The notes below the pieces were generated by a model, which made no database searches, had not been told where the DNA came from, and was given only the letters and a program-made list of their open reading frames with translations. The position numbers and the translations under genes were made by a program. Shown piece after piece: positions 10,005 to 19,097 of a DNA stretch of 64,000 nt. The DNA lies in assembly GCA_965224245.1 (NCBI GenBank), contig OZ245046.1, forward strand, positions 3,808,001 to 3,872,000, given 5' to 3'. This stretch comes from Candidatus Eiseniibacteriota bacterium (GTDB lineage: Bacteria > Eisenbacteria > RBG-16-71-46 > CAZAMP01). Every line of letters starts with the position of its first letter. Position 1 is the stretch's first letter.

Positions 10005-10878
10005 GTCGCCGCTCCCGTCGCTTCGCCGCGATCATCGAGATGTTGCCGATCAGCACGAACAGCAGGATGACGATGTGCGCGATCGTCTGAGGACCCATCT
10101 TGGCCGTGGCCGCACTGACCTGGTCCCGGTCGAAGTCGGCCAGACGCCCGTACTCGCCGAGGAGCGCGGTCTCGTACTCCGCAGCTCCCTGGAGTCCTCC
10201 CATCAGACCGACGAGCTGGCTCGGGTAGTACGGGTAGAGCAGCGGCGCCTCGACGGCGGTCACGCCCCCGCCCACCGGCACGTTCGCCTGGTCGCCGCCG
10301 AACTGGACCCACTCCTTGAGCCCCGGCTTGCCCGATCCGATGCCCAGGATGAAGTCGAGATCACCGAGCCTGGTCAGGTCGCGCGTGATCGCGAACTCCG
10401 AGAGCGGGCGTCCCTCCCGGATGTCGGCGGTGAAGAACCCGAAGTCCGTCACCAGGGAGTTGATCACGCCCTGGTTCCCGACCTTATACCCGAGGTTGAT
10501 CCAGTCGACGCCGTACCGCTTGTCGGGATGCGTGGCCAGCTCGCCCAGGAAGACGCTCTCGATCGTGTCGTCGATCTGCGGAGGGCCCGTTGCCCACAGC
10601 GTCATCATGATCACGCGGATGCCCTTCTCCATGCAGTGCCGGACCAGCGCATCGGCCATCGGCTGGTTCTCGGGCACGGTGCCGGGACCGAAATCGAAGG
10701 AGATCAGGACGCGATCTCCTGCCTCGAGGTCCGACACCGCGTCGTACAGCCTCTGCACGATCGGCGTGGTCGGCATCTCGGCGCGCATCCCCAGCCACAC
10801 CGGGATGAACACCGACAGTCCGATGAAGAGAAAGATCCAGCGGCGATCGAGCTTTCCGAGGCGATCCAGCCACTGCAT
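9997..10878 (-). CDS. Uncharacterised membrane-anchored alpha/beta protein (DUF6754 module, subunit C)
   Basis: DRRWIFL N-terminal TM, DWINLGY, YPYY...GLQGAAEYE, C-terminal TM; start 1 nt after the upstream stop. Confidence 0.85.
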   Translation of the reverse strand: MQWLDRLGKLDRRWIFLFIGLSVFIPVWLGMRAEMPTTPIVQRLYDAVSDLEAGDRVLISFDFGPGTVPENQPMADALVRHCMEKGIRVIMMTLWATGPPQIDDTIESVFLGELATHPDKRYGVDWINLGYKVGNQGVINSLVTDFGFFTADIREGRPLSEFAITRDLTRLGDLDFILGIGSGKPGLKEWVQFGGDQANVPVGGGVTAVEAPLLYPYYPSQLVGLMGGLQGAAEYETALLGEYGRLADFDRDQVSAATAKMGPQTIAHIVILLFVLIGNISMIAAKRRERRHG

Positions 10879-10879
10879 G

Positions 10880-11560
10880 TCAGTCCTGCCCCAGGTACGA
10901 GCGCTCGAGCCCGAGTATGAGCTTGAGCGACGTCGAGATGATGCCGAGCGCGATCCCCATCTGGATGGCACGCTGGCCGGCCGTGTTGAACGCGGACATG
11001 ATGAACGCGGACAGGTTCGGGATCTCGAGCATGCTGAGCGAATCGGGCAGCCACGAGGTCAGGTAGTAGCCGACCGGCGTGCGTCCGATCAGGATCACGA
11101 ACGCGGCCCCCAGGAGCAGCGACGACTCCACGGTGCGAGCCCGGAACGCGCGAAACGCCGCCGAGGCCACGAAGAACGCGAGCAACGAGAACATCGTCGC
11201 GCCCAGCGGGTAGAACGTCGCCTCGTAGAGCCGATCGAAGAGACCGCCCGAGGCGTCGAACGCCTGACCCGGCTCCACTCCGATCCGGAACAGGCCGACG
11301 ATCAGCATCAACGAGAAGCCGAACAGCGTGACGATGCTGTAGAGCGCGTCGGGGTGCCGGCGCTGCACCTTCATCAGGTGCGCGCGCAGCAGGTTGCCGC
11401 CACCCAGGACGAACGCGAACGTGGCGATGATGTTGAAGAAGTCGCTGAGCTTGCTGTCGAGCTCGTTGAAGGGCTGTCGAGGAACGAAGTGCGCGATGAT
11501 CATGATGACGCCGGTCGCAAAGGCGATCATCAGGGGAACGTTGAGCTTCAACGCGCGCAT
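10880..11560 (-). CDS. Uncharacterised polytopic membrane protein (DUF6754 module, subunit B)
   Basis: 5-6 TM segments; PLGATMFSLLAFFVASAAFRAFRART, RAIQMGIALG, ILGLERSY. Confidence 0.85.
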   Translation of the reverse strand: MRALKLNVPLMIAFATGVIMIIAHFVPRQPFNELDSKLSDFFNIIATFAFVLGGGNLLRAHLMKVQRRHPDALYSIVTLFGFSLMLIVGLFRIGVEPGQAFDASGGLFDRLYEATFYPLGATMFSLLAFFVASAAFRAFRARTVESSLLLGAAFVILIGRTPVGYYLTSWLPDSLSMLEIPNLSAFIMSAFNTAGQRAIQMGIALGIISTSLKLILGLERSYLGQD

Positions 11561-11569
11561 GGCATCGCC

Positions 11570-12766
11570 CTAGTTGACCTTGAACAGCCAGTGAACGCCG
11601 GCGCTCACCGGCTCGATCCGGAACAGGACCGCCAGCACGCCCACCACGATCGCCGTCATGGCGACCAGCTTCCCGATGTCCTGGCCACGAAGACTTCCGA
11701 TCGTCTGCTGGTCTCCGGACAGGTAGGCGCTGGCGGCGAAGAGCTCCTCGCCGATCAGCGTGTAGTCGCAGGCGGCCACGAAGAACGGCAGCTGCGTCGG
11801 CATCGCCGTACCCGCGACCTGGATGGCGCCGATGGAGTTGCCGGTCTCGGCGAGCACGAGCGACTCGGCGAAGAAGGCACCGAGGTAGAAGCACGCGGCC
11901 GGCTTCTGGCGGACCATGATCCCGTCCACGGCCGCCACGTAGCCGAACTGCTCGTCGGTGACGTAGTGCACCATGTCCTCGTTGTAGAGGTCGGGGCGGC
12001 CCGCGGCGAGATAGGCCTCGCGCACCGACTCCCGTCCGGTGGACATGACCAGCGAGCGTGCGACCGGAACGTCGAGCGTGGTCTCGTACTGGGCGACCTT
12101 CGATGCGATCTGCGACAGGATGTTGAGCCCCGCGAGCGTCTGCACGTCGTCGAGATCGTTGATGCCGGGAATGAACAGCACCGCACGACCCATCTCGGTG
12201 GCCCGGCCGACCGCCTCGTCGATCGCCTCCAGCCCCGCGATCTTGCGAATGTAGAGCTGGCGTCCCCGCGCCGCCCAGGCCGTGAAGAAGCCGATCGCGC
12301 CCACCAGGATGGTCAGGATGATGAGCTGGTTGGTGCGTGTCGTGTTGAACCAGTTGGGTCTCGCGGTGATCGCGGTGCTCGGCGTCGAGCGAGCGCTGAT
12401 CGGTCCCGAGAAGAGCTCGACCACGTAGCGAACCGGGCCCTCGCCCGCGGCGGCGTCGTCGTATTCGCTCGCCGGTCCGATGAGCGTGGTCGCCAGCTCG
12501 GTGCCCGCGCCGGTCATGCGAAACACCTGCACACTGTCGACCGAGGCCGGATCAGGCAGCGTCCAGCTCACCCGGAGCGCGCCGCCGGCGTCTCCGGGAC
12601 GATCGACGGCGGTGACGTCGCTGGCGGCGCCGATCGACGTGGACGGGGTCTCGACGAAACGGGGAGGAGGAGCGTCCTGGGCACGAGCCGTCAGGACGGC
12701 CACACACGCGCCCGCGCACGCGACCAGGGTGACGCGCCGGACGGTATCGGAGAAGAGGGCTGTCAC
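11570..12766 (-). CDS. DUF6754-like protein with signal peptide and FN3-like N-terminal domain (module subunit A)
   Basis: Signal peptide ending ARA-Q; DRPGDAGGALRVSW; IRKIAGLEAIDEAVGRATEMG; QLPFFVAACDYTLIGEELFAASAYL; the GTG start is an estimate. Confidence 0.85.
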   Translation of the reverse strand: MTALFSDTVRRVTLVACAGACVAVLTARAQDAPPPRFVETPSTSIGAASDVTAVDRPGDAGGALRVSWTLPDPASVDSVQVFRMTGAGTELATTLIGPASEYDDAAAGEGPVRYVVELFSGPISARSTPSTAITARPNWFNTTRTNQLIILTILVGAIGFFTAWAARGRQLYIRKIAGLEAIDEAVGRATEMGRAVLFIPGINDLDDVQTLAGLNILSQIASKVAQYETTLDVPVARSLVMSTGRESVREAYLAAGRPDLYNEDMVHYVTDEQFGYVAAVDGIMVRQKPAACFYLGAFFAESLVLAETGNSIGAIQVAGTAMPTQLPFFVAACDYTLIGEELFAASAYLSGDQQTIGSLRGQDIGKLVAMTAIVVGVLAVLFRIEPVSAGVHWLFKVN

Positions 12767-12821
12767 GTCGGCGAACGGTACGAACGACGCCGGTCCGGCG
12801 CAAGCGTTATCTGGTCGCGGG

Positions 12822-14903
12822 CTAGGGGCGAGCGTTCCCGGCTTCCCGTGACCGGATGAACGCACGAGCCCCCTCCGCGTCGGGATCGTCGGGCGCCAGC
12901 TCGACGAACGCGCGAAGATGCGAGAGCGCCTCGGACATGCGCGCCGCGTCACGCGCCAGGAGGTTGCCGAGGTTGAGTCGGGTGAGCGCGTCCCGGGGAT
13001 CCACCTCCACCGCATGGTCGAGCAGCGCCTCGGCCTCGGCCGCCTCTCCGCGGTTCATCAGGAGGACCGCCAGCGCGTTGAGCGACTGCACCGCGTCGGG
13101 CGCGATCGCCAGCGAGTGCCGAAGCGCCTCCTCCGCGCGCGTCACGTCGCCGCGACGCGTGTACACCAGCGCCCTCAGCTGAAACAGCGCGCTGGAGCGG
13201 GGCGCGAAGTCGAACGCGTCTTGGATCACGGCCAGGGCGTCGTCGTCGCGTCCGTCGGCCACGGCGCGCTGCGCGGCGGCCCGACCGAGCTCCCCGTAGA
13301 GCCGGCGCACGATGGGAACCAGCGTGAACGGTCTCCGGTCGCGGCGCAGGAGCTGGTGCCCGGGGAGTCGGAACCGATAGGCGTCCCACCGCACCGGCGC
13401 CGGCTCGTCGGCGCCCCCGGTATCGGGAACCAGGCGGAACGTCAGCCCCTCGCGCCGGTACGTCAGTCCGTGACCGGCGGTCACCGGCGGGTCGTACTGG
13501 ATCGTGCAGAACGCGCGCCCCCGGAGCTCGGCCGGAGGATCGGCGGCCAGCCGCAGGATGTGGCGCCAGCGCTCGGTTCGCCAGTCTCCGGTGAGCTCGC
13601 GGAAGCCCAGGGTCTGGCGACGCACCTTTCCGGTCATGTCGACGATCGCCACGTCGTCGCGCTCGCCGAGGACGTCTCGATGGAAGACGAACGGCCCCAC
13701 CAGCGTCTCGGTGAGAAGGAACAGGGCGCCGCCCTCGGGTACGTCCCGCAGCACGTTGTGAACGAAGTCGTCCACGATGTGATCGCGCCGGCGCGAGCAC
13801 TCGGGCCGGTTCGCGACGGCCGCGGTCACCACGCACGCGAGGCCGAGCACGGTCGCGATCGCCCGCCGGCGCTCACCGAACACGGGATCGGCGAGCGCCG
13901 ACGCGCCCAGCGCTACCGCGAGCCACGTCGGCATCAAGAGGTAGTTCTCGACGTCGTGAATGGCGTACACGCTCGCGAACCCGAGAATCAACGGGATCGG
14001 CAGCGCGAGGAGCAGGAGTCGCTCCCGATCGCGTCGCCACGACAGCACGAGCCCGGCCATCGCGAGCAGCATCACCAGGAGCGTCAGCGGTCCGACGTCG
14101 GTGCGGGCGATCGACCCGATCAGCTCCCAGGTCGAGCGGACTCCGGCGCCGCCCTCGCTCAGGAGCTCGCTCCGGCTGGCGATGCCGAGCGCGTGATAGA
14201 AGAAGTCCCCCACCCCGCCGATCTGCGCGTAGTCCACCGCGGGCCGCGCGGCGCTCCGGATGGGCAGCAGCGCGAACGCGGTGAACGGAAGCACGAACGC
14301 TCCGATCGACCCCATCACGAGGCGCGGGTGCACCGTCCGCGCGAGCAAGCGGCGGGACACGAGAGCCACCACCCCGGGCAACAGCCACACCATCAACGGC
14401 TGATGCGAGACGGCCAGCCCTCCCACGTACGCCCCGATCACGAGCAAGCGCGGCGCGCCCGTGCGGCGCCAGCGGTCGACGAGGGACAGCGCCGCGAGTC
14501 CCAGGAAGAGCCCCATGGTGTAGACCTCGGCCACGAGTGCCTGCGACCACGTGCCGATCGAGAGGCCCGCCGCGATCGACCAGAGCCCCGCCGCGACCGC
14601 GCTCGAACCGAGCCCGGACAGGAGCAGTGCGAAGGACCCGCCGGCCAGCGCACCCGCGAGCGCCGAGACGAACGTGACCCGGGCCGCCGCCCCCCCCACG
14701 GGCACGAGCGACGCGACCCGGCCGATCAGCGTGTAGGTCGGGTAGCCCGGCTGGTGCGGGATGCCGACGGTGTGGGCCGCGGTGATCAGCTCGGGCGTGT
14801 CACCGCCCACGAGGCCGGGCGCGAGCGTGATCGCGTACGCGGCGAGCAGCACGGCGCTCGCGAGGAGCGCCGCACCGATCGCAGGTGAGGGGCGGGTCGT
14901 CAC
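12822..14903 (-). CDS. DUF2723/TMEM260-like GT-C membrane glycosyltransferase with C-terminal TPRs
   Basis: GDTPELITAAHTVGIPHQPGYPTY, AEVY, multiple TMs, C-terminal TPR-like helices. Confidence 0.85.
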   Translation of the reverse strand: MTTRPSPAIGAALLASAVLLAAYAITLAPGLVGGDTPELITAAHTVGIPHQPGYPTYTLIGRVASLVPVGGAAARVTFVSALAGALAGGSFALLLSGLGSSAVAAGLWSIAAGLSIGTWSQALVAEVYTMGLFLGLAALSLVDRWRRTGAPRLLVIGAYVGGLAVSHQPLMVWLLPGVVALVSRRLLARTVHPRLVMGSIGAFVLPFTAFALLPIRSAARPAVDYAQIGGVGDFFYHALGIASRSELLSEGGAGVRSTWELIGSIARTDVGPLTLLVMLLAMAGLVLSWRRDRERLLLLALPIPLILGFASVYAIHDVENYLLMPTWLAVALGASALADPVFGERRRAIATVLGLACVVTAAVANRPECSRRRDHIVDDFVHNVLRDVPEGGALFLLTETLVGPFVFHRDVLGERDDVAIVDMTGKVRRQTLGFRELTGDWRTERWRHILRLAADPPAELRGRAFCTIQYDPPVTAGHGLTYRREGLTFRLVPDTGGADEPAPVRWDAYRFRLPGHQLLRRDRRPFTLVPIVRRLYGELGRAAAQRAVADGRDDDALAVIQDAFDFAPRSSALFQLRALVYTRRGDVTRAEEALRHSLAIAPDAVQSLNALAVLLMNRGEAAEAEALLDHAVEVDPRDALTRLNLGNLLARDAARMSEALSHLRAFVELAPDDPDAEGARAFIRSREAGNARP

Positions 14904-15463
14904 GGATGCGAGGGCTCGGGCGGATCGGCCGGCACCGGGATGCCGAGCTTCGTCTCGGCCGTCTTGTGCGCCTTCAAGATCGTCTTGAACGCCGCGAACA
15001 GCACGCGGGTCCGCTCACGGACGCGCGTGTCGAGCTCGGCCTGCTCGTCGGCCGACCGCTCGTCCTCCGCGATCGCGTCGTCCAGCCACACCCCGAGCTC
15101 GGCGGCATCGCGCCGGGCCTGTCGGGCGGTCAGCGACATGCGCGCGACGTCGACCGAGATCAGCACCGCCTCCTCGTCGCTGATCACGTGGGTCAGCTCG
15201 TCGGCCCGGCGCTCGATCTCGTGGGCCAGCGTCTCCATCTCGAGCGCGTTGTCGCGGGCGAGCACGAGATTCCAGCCGGGCTCGGACAGCTCGTGATGAA
15301 GCATCGTGGCGTGCTTGGATCCCGCATACGCGCGGATGCCCATGTGGTAGTGGTGATGCGCGTGATTGGCGGTCGCCCACGCGCCGTTCGCGAGCAGAAC
15401 GCCCGCGACTCCCGCGATGAGGAGCGCGCGCCGGGGTCCTCGAGAGCTCGTCATGTACCGCAT
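14900..15463 (-). CDS. Secreted His-rich helical hypothetical protein
   Basis: GAGGAG SD, signal peptide ending AWA, NHAHHHYH; stop overlaps the next start. Confidence 0.7.
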   Translation of the reverse strand: MRYMTSSRGPRRALLIAGVAGVLLANGAWATANHAHHHYHMGIRAYAGSKHATMLHHELSEPGWNLVLARDNALEMETLAHEIERRADELTHVISDEEAVLISVDVARMSLTARQARRDAAELGVWLDDAIAEDERSADEQAELDTRVRERTRVLFAAFKTILKAHKTAETKLGIPVPADPPEPSHP

Positions 15464-15500
15464 CGTGGCCTCCTCGACTTGACGTCGTCGCACGCGATCG

Positions 15501-16286
15501 TCAATGGATCACCCGTCCGGCGCAGTCCTGTCCGTCGTCGAACGCGGCACGCGCTGGAGCCGGCACCGCCGCGCACGCGGGACAGTCGGGCCGGCGCTCG
15601 ATCGGGATGCGCGTGATCGCGAACCGATCGGTGTCGACGTGCACGAGCGTGCCCCACGGAACCGTCCCCCGGCCAGCCAGAATGCGAATGACCGAGAGCG
15701 CGGCCAGGTGGCCGACGATGGCCGAGACCGCGGCCAGCACCGGGAAGTCGGCCCGCCAGGGCGGCGGCTCGGGGGTCAGGCAGCGAAGACACGCGCTCCG
15801 GCCCGGACGCACACACACGAGATGGGCCTCGTCGGCATACATGGCCGCGTCGACGAACGGCTTCCCGGCAGCCAGGGCGGCGTCGTTCAGCGTCAGGCGC
15901 TCCTCGTACGTCGGCGCCGCGCCGATCGCGACGTCGTGCGTGGCCATCAGCTCTCTCGCTTCGGCCGGCGTGATGCGCCCATCCACGCCGCGCACGTCGA
16001 TGTCGCGCCCGTAGCGGCGCAACGCAGCCTCGGCCTGGGGAGCCCTCGGCCGTCCCACCCCGTCGGGGTCCATCAGGATCATTCGGTGCAGATCCTCGTC
16101 GAGGAGATCGCCCTCGTGATAGAACGTGATCCGTCCGACTCCGGCCACCGCGAGGCTCTGCGTCAGAGGGCCGCCCAGCCCTCCCACGCGCGCGATCAGA
16201 ACCGAGCTCGCCTGCAGGCGGGCCTGCTCGGCCTCACCGAGCCAGTCGAGGAGCTTCTGACGCCGGTATCGATCCGGTTGCGTCAT
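15501..16286 (-). CDS. HesA/MoeB/ThiF-family E1-like adenylyltransferase
   Basis: RYRRQ, VGGLGG, LAVAGVG, CLRC...CPAC zinc motifs. Confidence 0.9.
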   Translation of the reverse strand: MTQPDRYRRQKLLDWLGEAEQARLQASSVLIARVGGLGGPLTQSLAVAGVGRITFYHEGDLLDEDLHRMILMDPDGVGRPRAPQAEAALRRYGRDIDVRGVDGRITPAEARELMATHDVAIGAAPTYEERLTLNDAALAAGKPFVDAAMYADEAHLVCVRPGRSACLRCLTPEPPPWRADFPVLAAVSAIVGHLAALSVIRILAGRGTVPWGTLVHVDTDRFAITRIPIERRPDCPACAAVPAPARAAFDDGQDCAGRVIH

Positions 16287-16288
16287 GA

Positions 16289-16564
16289 TCACCCTCCCGC
16301 CACCGGCAGCATCAGCCGGATGGTCGTGGTCCCGTTCACCGGGACGTCGCGATCGTGACACACGACGCCGTCCACGACGACCAGCACGCTCGGGTGCAGT
16401 CGCCCCTCGCGCATGATGTGGCCGGATCGATCGCGCGGAAGCCGCGCGATCAAGGCCGCCAGCGCCTCGTTCACGGTGATGCCGCCATCGACGTCGACGT
16501 CGACGTCGATGGCGGCCGCGCCGAGCATGTCGGCCAGCCAGGGCGTCATTTCGAATCGAACCAT
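16289..16564 (-). CDS. MoaD/ThiS-family ubiquitin-like sulfur carrier
   Basis: 91 aa ending PVAGG; adjacent to the E1-like gene. Confidence 0.88.
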   Translation of the reverse strand: MVRFEMTPWLADMLGAAAIDVDVDVDGGITVNEALAALIARLPRDRSGHIMREGRLHPSVLVVVDGVVCHDRDVPVNGTTTIRLMLPVAGG

Positions 16565-16595
16565 GTCGGCTCACCTCCCCATTGCGGATCGCGGA

Positions 16596-17258
16596 TCATG
16601 TTGCGGTCACGATACGGCCCTCGACGATTCGGGTCACCGCGTCTGCGCGCTCGGCGGCCTCCTGGGCATCGTGCGTGATCTGCACGATGGCCGCTCCGCG
16701 CTCGTCGCGCCAGCGGGAAACCACGTCACCCACGAGGCGGCGCGTGTCGGCGTCCAGCGCGGACGTGCACTCGTCCAGAAGCAGCACGTCCACGTCGGTC
16801 ACGAGGGCCCGCGCCAGCGCGACGCGTTGCGCCTCCCCTCCCGAGATGCTCGTGATGGACCGCGACTCGAGGTGCGCAATCCCCAGCGCGTCCATCGCGC
16901 GGTCCAGCCGGGCGTCCAGGTCGGGACCGGCACCGCGGGCGCGGGCGCCGAACGCCACGTTGCGGCGGACCGAGAGGTGCGGAAACAGAAGATCGTCCTG
17001 CGGCACGTAGCCGAGGCGTCGCCCCTCGGGGGGAACGTCGGCCAGACTCCGGCCGTCGCGGCGAATGTCGCCCTCGGTGGGGCTCAGGAACCCCGCGGCC
17101 ATCTCGAGCAGCAGCGTCTTGCCCGCTCCGGTCGGGCCGACCAGGGCCCGCCACTCCCCCGCGCGCACGTCGATGGATACGTTCACGACCTTGAACGCGC
17201 CGAGATCCAGCGACACCGACTCCCAGCTCAGGCGTGGCGTGCCGTTCGGCGCGATCAT
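16596..17258 (-). CDS. modC: ABC transporter ATP-binding protein (molybdate/tungstate type)
   Basis: GPTGAGKT, ISGGEAQR, LLLDE; follows modB. Confidence 0.85.
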   Translation of the reverse strand: MIAPNGTPRLSWESVSLDLGAFKVVNVSIDVRAGEWRALVGPTGAGKTLLLEMAAGFLSPTEGDIRRDGRSLADVPPEGRRLGYVPQDDLLFPHLSVRRNVAFGARARGAGPDLDARLDRAMDALGIAHLESRSITSISGGEAQRVALARALVTDVDVLLLDECTSALDADTRRLVGDVVSRWRDERGAAIVQITHDAQEAAERADAVTRIVEGRIVTAT

Positions 17259-18055
17259 CCGAGCACCAGCTTCCCGCCGAGCCGCCGGATGCCCGAGAGG
17301 GCGATCGCGCCCAGGAGGACCAGGAGCACGCTCAGCGCCACACCGTTCTCGATCTCGCCGTTCGAGAACGACAGGAAGATGGCGATCGGCAGCACGTCGG
17401 TCTTTCCGCGGACGGCGCCCGCGAAGATCAGGATCGGGCCGAACTCGGCGATCGCGCGGGCCCACACGAGGATCGTGCCCGCGATGATCCCGTTCCGGGC
17501 CAGGGGCAGTGACACGCGCCAGAACGTCGCGGCCTCGCTCGCACCCAGCGAGCGCGACATCGTCTCCAGCCGGACGGGAACGTCCGCGAAGGTCGCGCGC
17601 AGGACCCGGACGGCCAGCGGCGCGGCGATGGTGAACTGCGCAAGCACGATCCCCGCTCGCGTGAACCGCAGATCGAGCCCCGCGGCGTCCAGCCGGCCCG
17701 TCCCCAGGACGCGTTCGAGAATGGCATAGGCCAGGAGCAGGCTGAAGCCGGCGACCAGCGGCGGGAGCACGATGGGCAGATCCAGGAGGACGTCGATGGC
17801 GCCCCGGAGCGGCACCCGATGCCGTGTCAGCGCGTAGGCCGCCGGGAGCGCGAGCAGCATGGCCAGTGACGTCGACAGCGAGCTCGTCCACACCGAGAGC
17901 CAGATCGAGCGTCGCGCGGCCTCGCTGGTCAAGAGATTCATCAGCCGCTCGGGCCCGGCGTAGAGGAAGTTCGCCAGCAGGAACGTCGCGACGAACGCCA
18001 CCAGCAGAACGAGCGCGCCGGCGAGAGTGAGCCGAAACCACGAGAGACGCTTCAC
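17255..18055 (-). CDS. modB: Molybdate/tungstate ABC transporter permease
   Basis: DLPIVLPPLVAG, EAA-like loop RSLGAS, WARAIAEFG. Confidence 0.88.
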   Translation of the reverse strand: MKRLSWFRLTLAGALVLLVAFVATFLLANFLYAGPERLMNLLTSEAARRSIWLSVWTSSLSTSLAMLLALPAAYALTRHRVPLRGAIDVLLDLPIVLPPLVAGFSLLLAYAILERVLGTGRLDAAGLDLRFTRAGIVLAQFTIAAPLAVRVLRATFADVPVRLETMSRSLGASEAATFWRVSLPLARNGIIAGTILVWARAIAEFGPILIFAGAVRGKTDVLPIAIFLSFSNGEIENGVALSVLLVLLGAIALSGIRRLGGKLVLG

Positions 18056-18879
18056 GGTGTCTCGGAGGCGAGCTGATCGGACTCCGCGCTCACCGGCTCG
18101 TACCCGTGGCGCCGGAAGATCGCCGCGCCGGCCTCGCTGGTCAGGAACTCCAGAAAGCGCCCGGCGGCCAGGGGCTCACGCGAGCATCCGAGGACGCCAC
18201 CGGTGATGATCGTCCGGAACGGGCGCCCGCTCGCGGGGGCAACCGCGTCGAGCGTTGGAAAGAGCTCGACCGTCACGTCCCAGACGATCGCGGCGTCCAG
18301 CGCGCCCAGCGCCAGCTGGCTCCCGAGCTCGTTGACGTTGATCGCGCGGGTCCGGACGTTCGCGTCGAGCCGCGCGCGGGTGGCCTCGTCCAGCTCGGAC
18401 TCGAGCCATCGCTCGCTCGCGACGCCGACCGCCACCGACGTCGGATCCCCGAGTCCCACCCGCACCCCGGGCTCGGCCAGATCGACGAGGTCGTGGATGT
18501 CGAGGGGATTGCCCGACGGCACGGCGATCACGGGCTGGAGATATGCGATGGAGACCGCGGCGTCGGCCAGTCCACGCTCGATCGCCTGATCGAGGTAGTG
18601 AACCTCGCCGGGAATGAAGACGTCGCCCTTGCCGGTCATCTCGGCCTGGGCGAGAAGGCAGCCGCTGCCGGCGAAGGTCACGTCCACGCGCACGCCCTCC
18701 TCGGCGGTGAACGCGGCCGCGGCCTCCTCGATGGGGAGCCGGAACCCGGCCCCGGCGAACACCATCATCTCGCACGCATCGTCACAGGCGTGGACGATCG
18801 GCGTGAGCGGCAGGGAGAGCGCCATGGTGACGACGGTGAACGGAAGCGCGCGACGGTCCTGCACGAGATGGGCGAGCAT
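18052..18879 (-). CDS. modA: Molybdate/tungstate ABC transporter substrate-binding protein
   Basis: FAGAG, FAGSG.LLAQ, DVFIPG, GNPLDI, DAAIVW, IFRRHGY. Confidence 0.85.
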   Translation of the reverse strand: MLAHLVQDRRALPFTVVTMALSLPLTPIVHACDDACEMMVFAGAGFRLPIEEAAAAFTAEEGVRVDVTFAGSGCLLAQAEMTGKGDVFIPGEVHYLDQAIERGLADAAVSIAYLQPVIAVPSGNPLDIHDLVDLAEPGVRVGLGDPTSVAVGVASERWLESELDEATRARLDANVRTRAINVNELGSQLALGALDAAIVWDVTVELFPTLDAVAPASGRPFRTIITGGVLGCSREPLAAGRFLEFLTSEAGAAIFRRHGYEPVSAESDQLASETP

Positions 18880-18962
18880 GTGATCGGGCTCCTTGCATGC
18901 GTGCGGGCATGGAGCGCGGGCGTACCGTCACGGTGACCGCCGCCGGTCGAGACGACCGTCCG

Positions 18963-19007
18963 CGATCGATACCCCAGGATTATAGCGATACGATCTCATT
19001 CTGTCAG
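18963..19007 (-). promoter_or_regulatory. sigma70 promoter of the mod operon with an overlapping ModE-like dyad
   Basis: Minus strand CTGACA (19007-19002)-17 bp-TATAAT (18984-18979); CGATCGATA-N7-ATTATAGCG overlaps the -10 element. Confidence 0.6.
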
Positions 19008-19097
19008 CGAATCATCGGCCCAGGACGCGCATCCGCCAGGTCAACACGCGCCCGGAGCGCTTCCCCGTCACGACGGTTGGTGTATGCTCCCCGCCGC

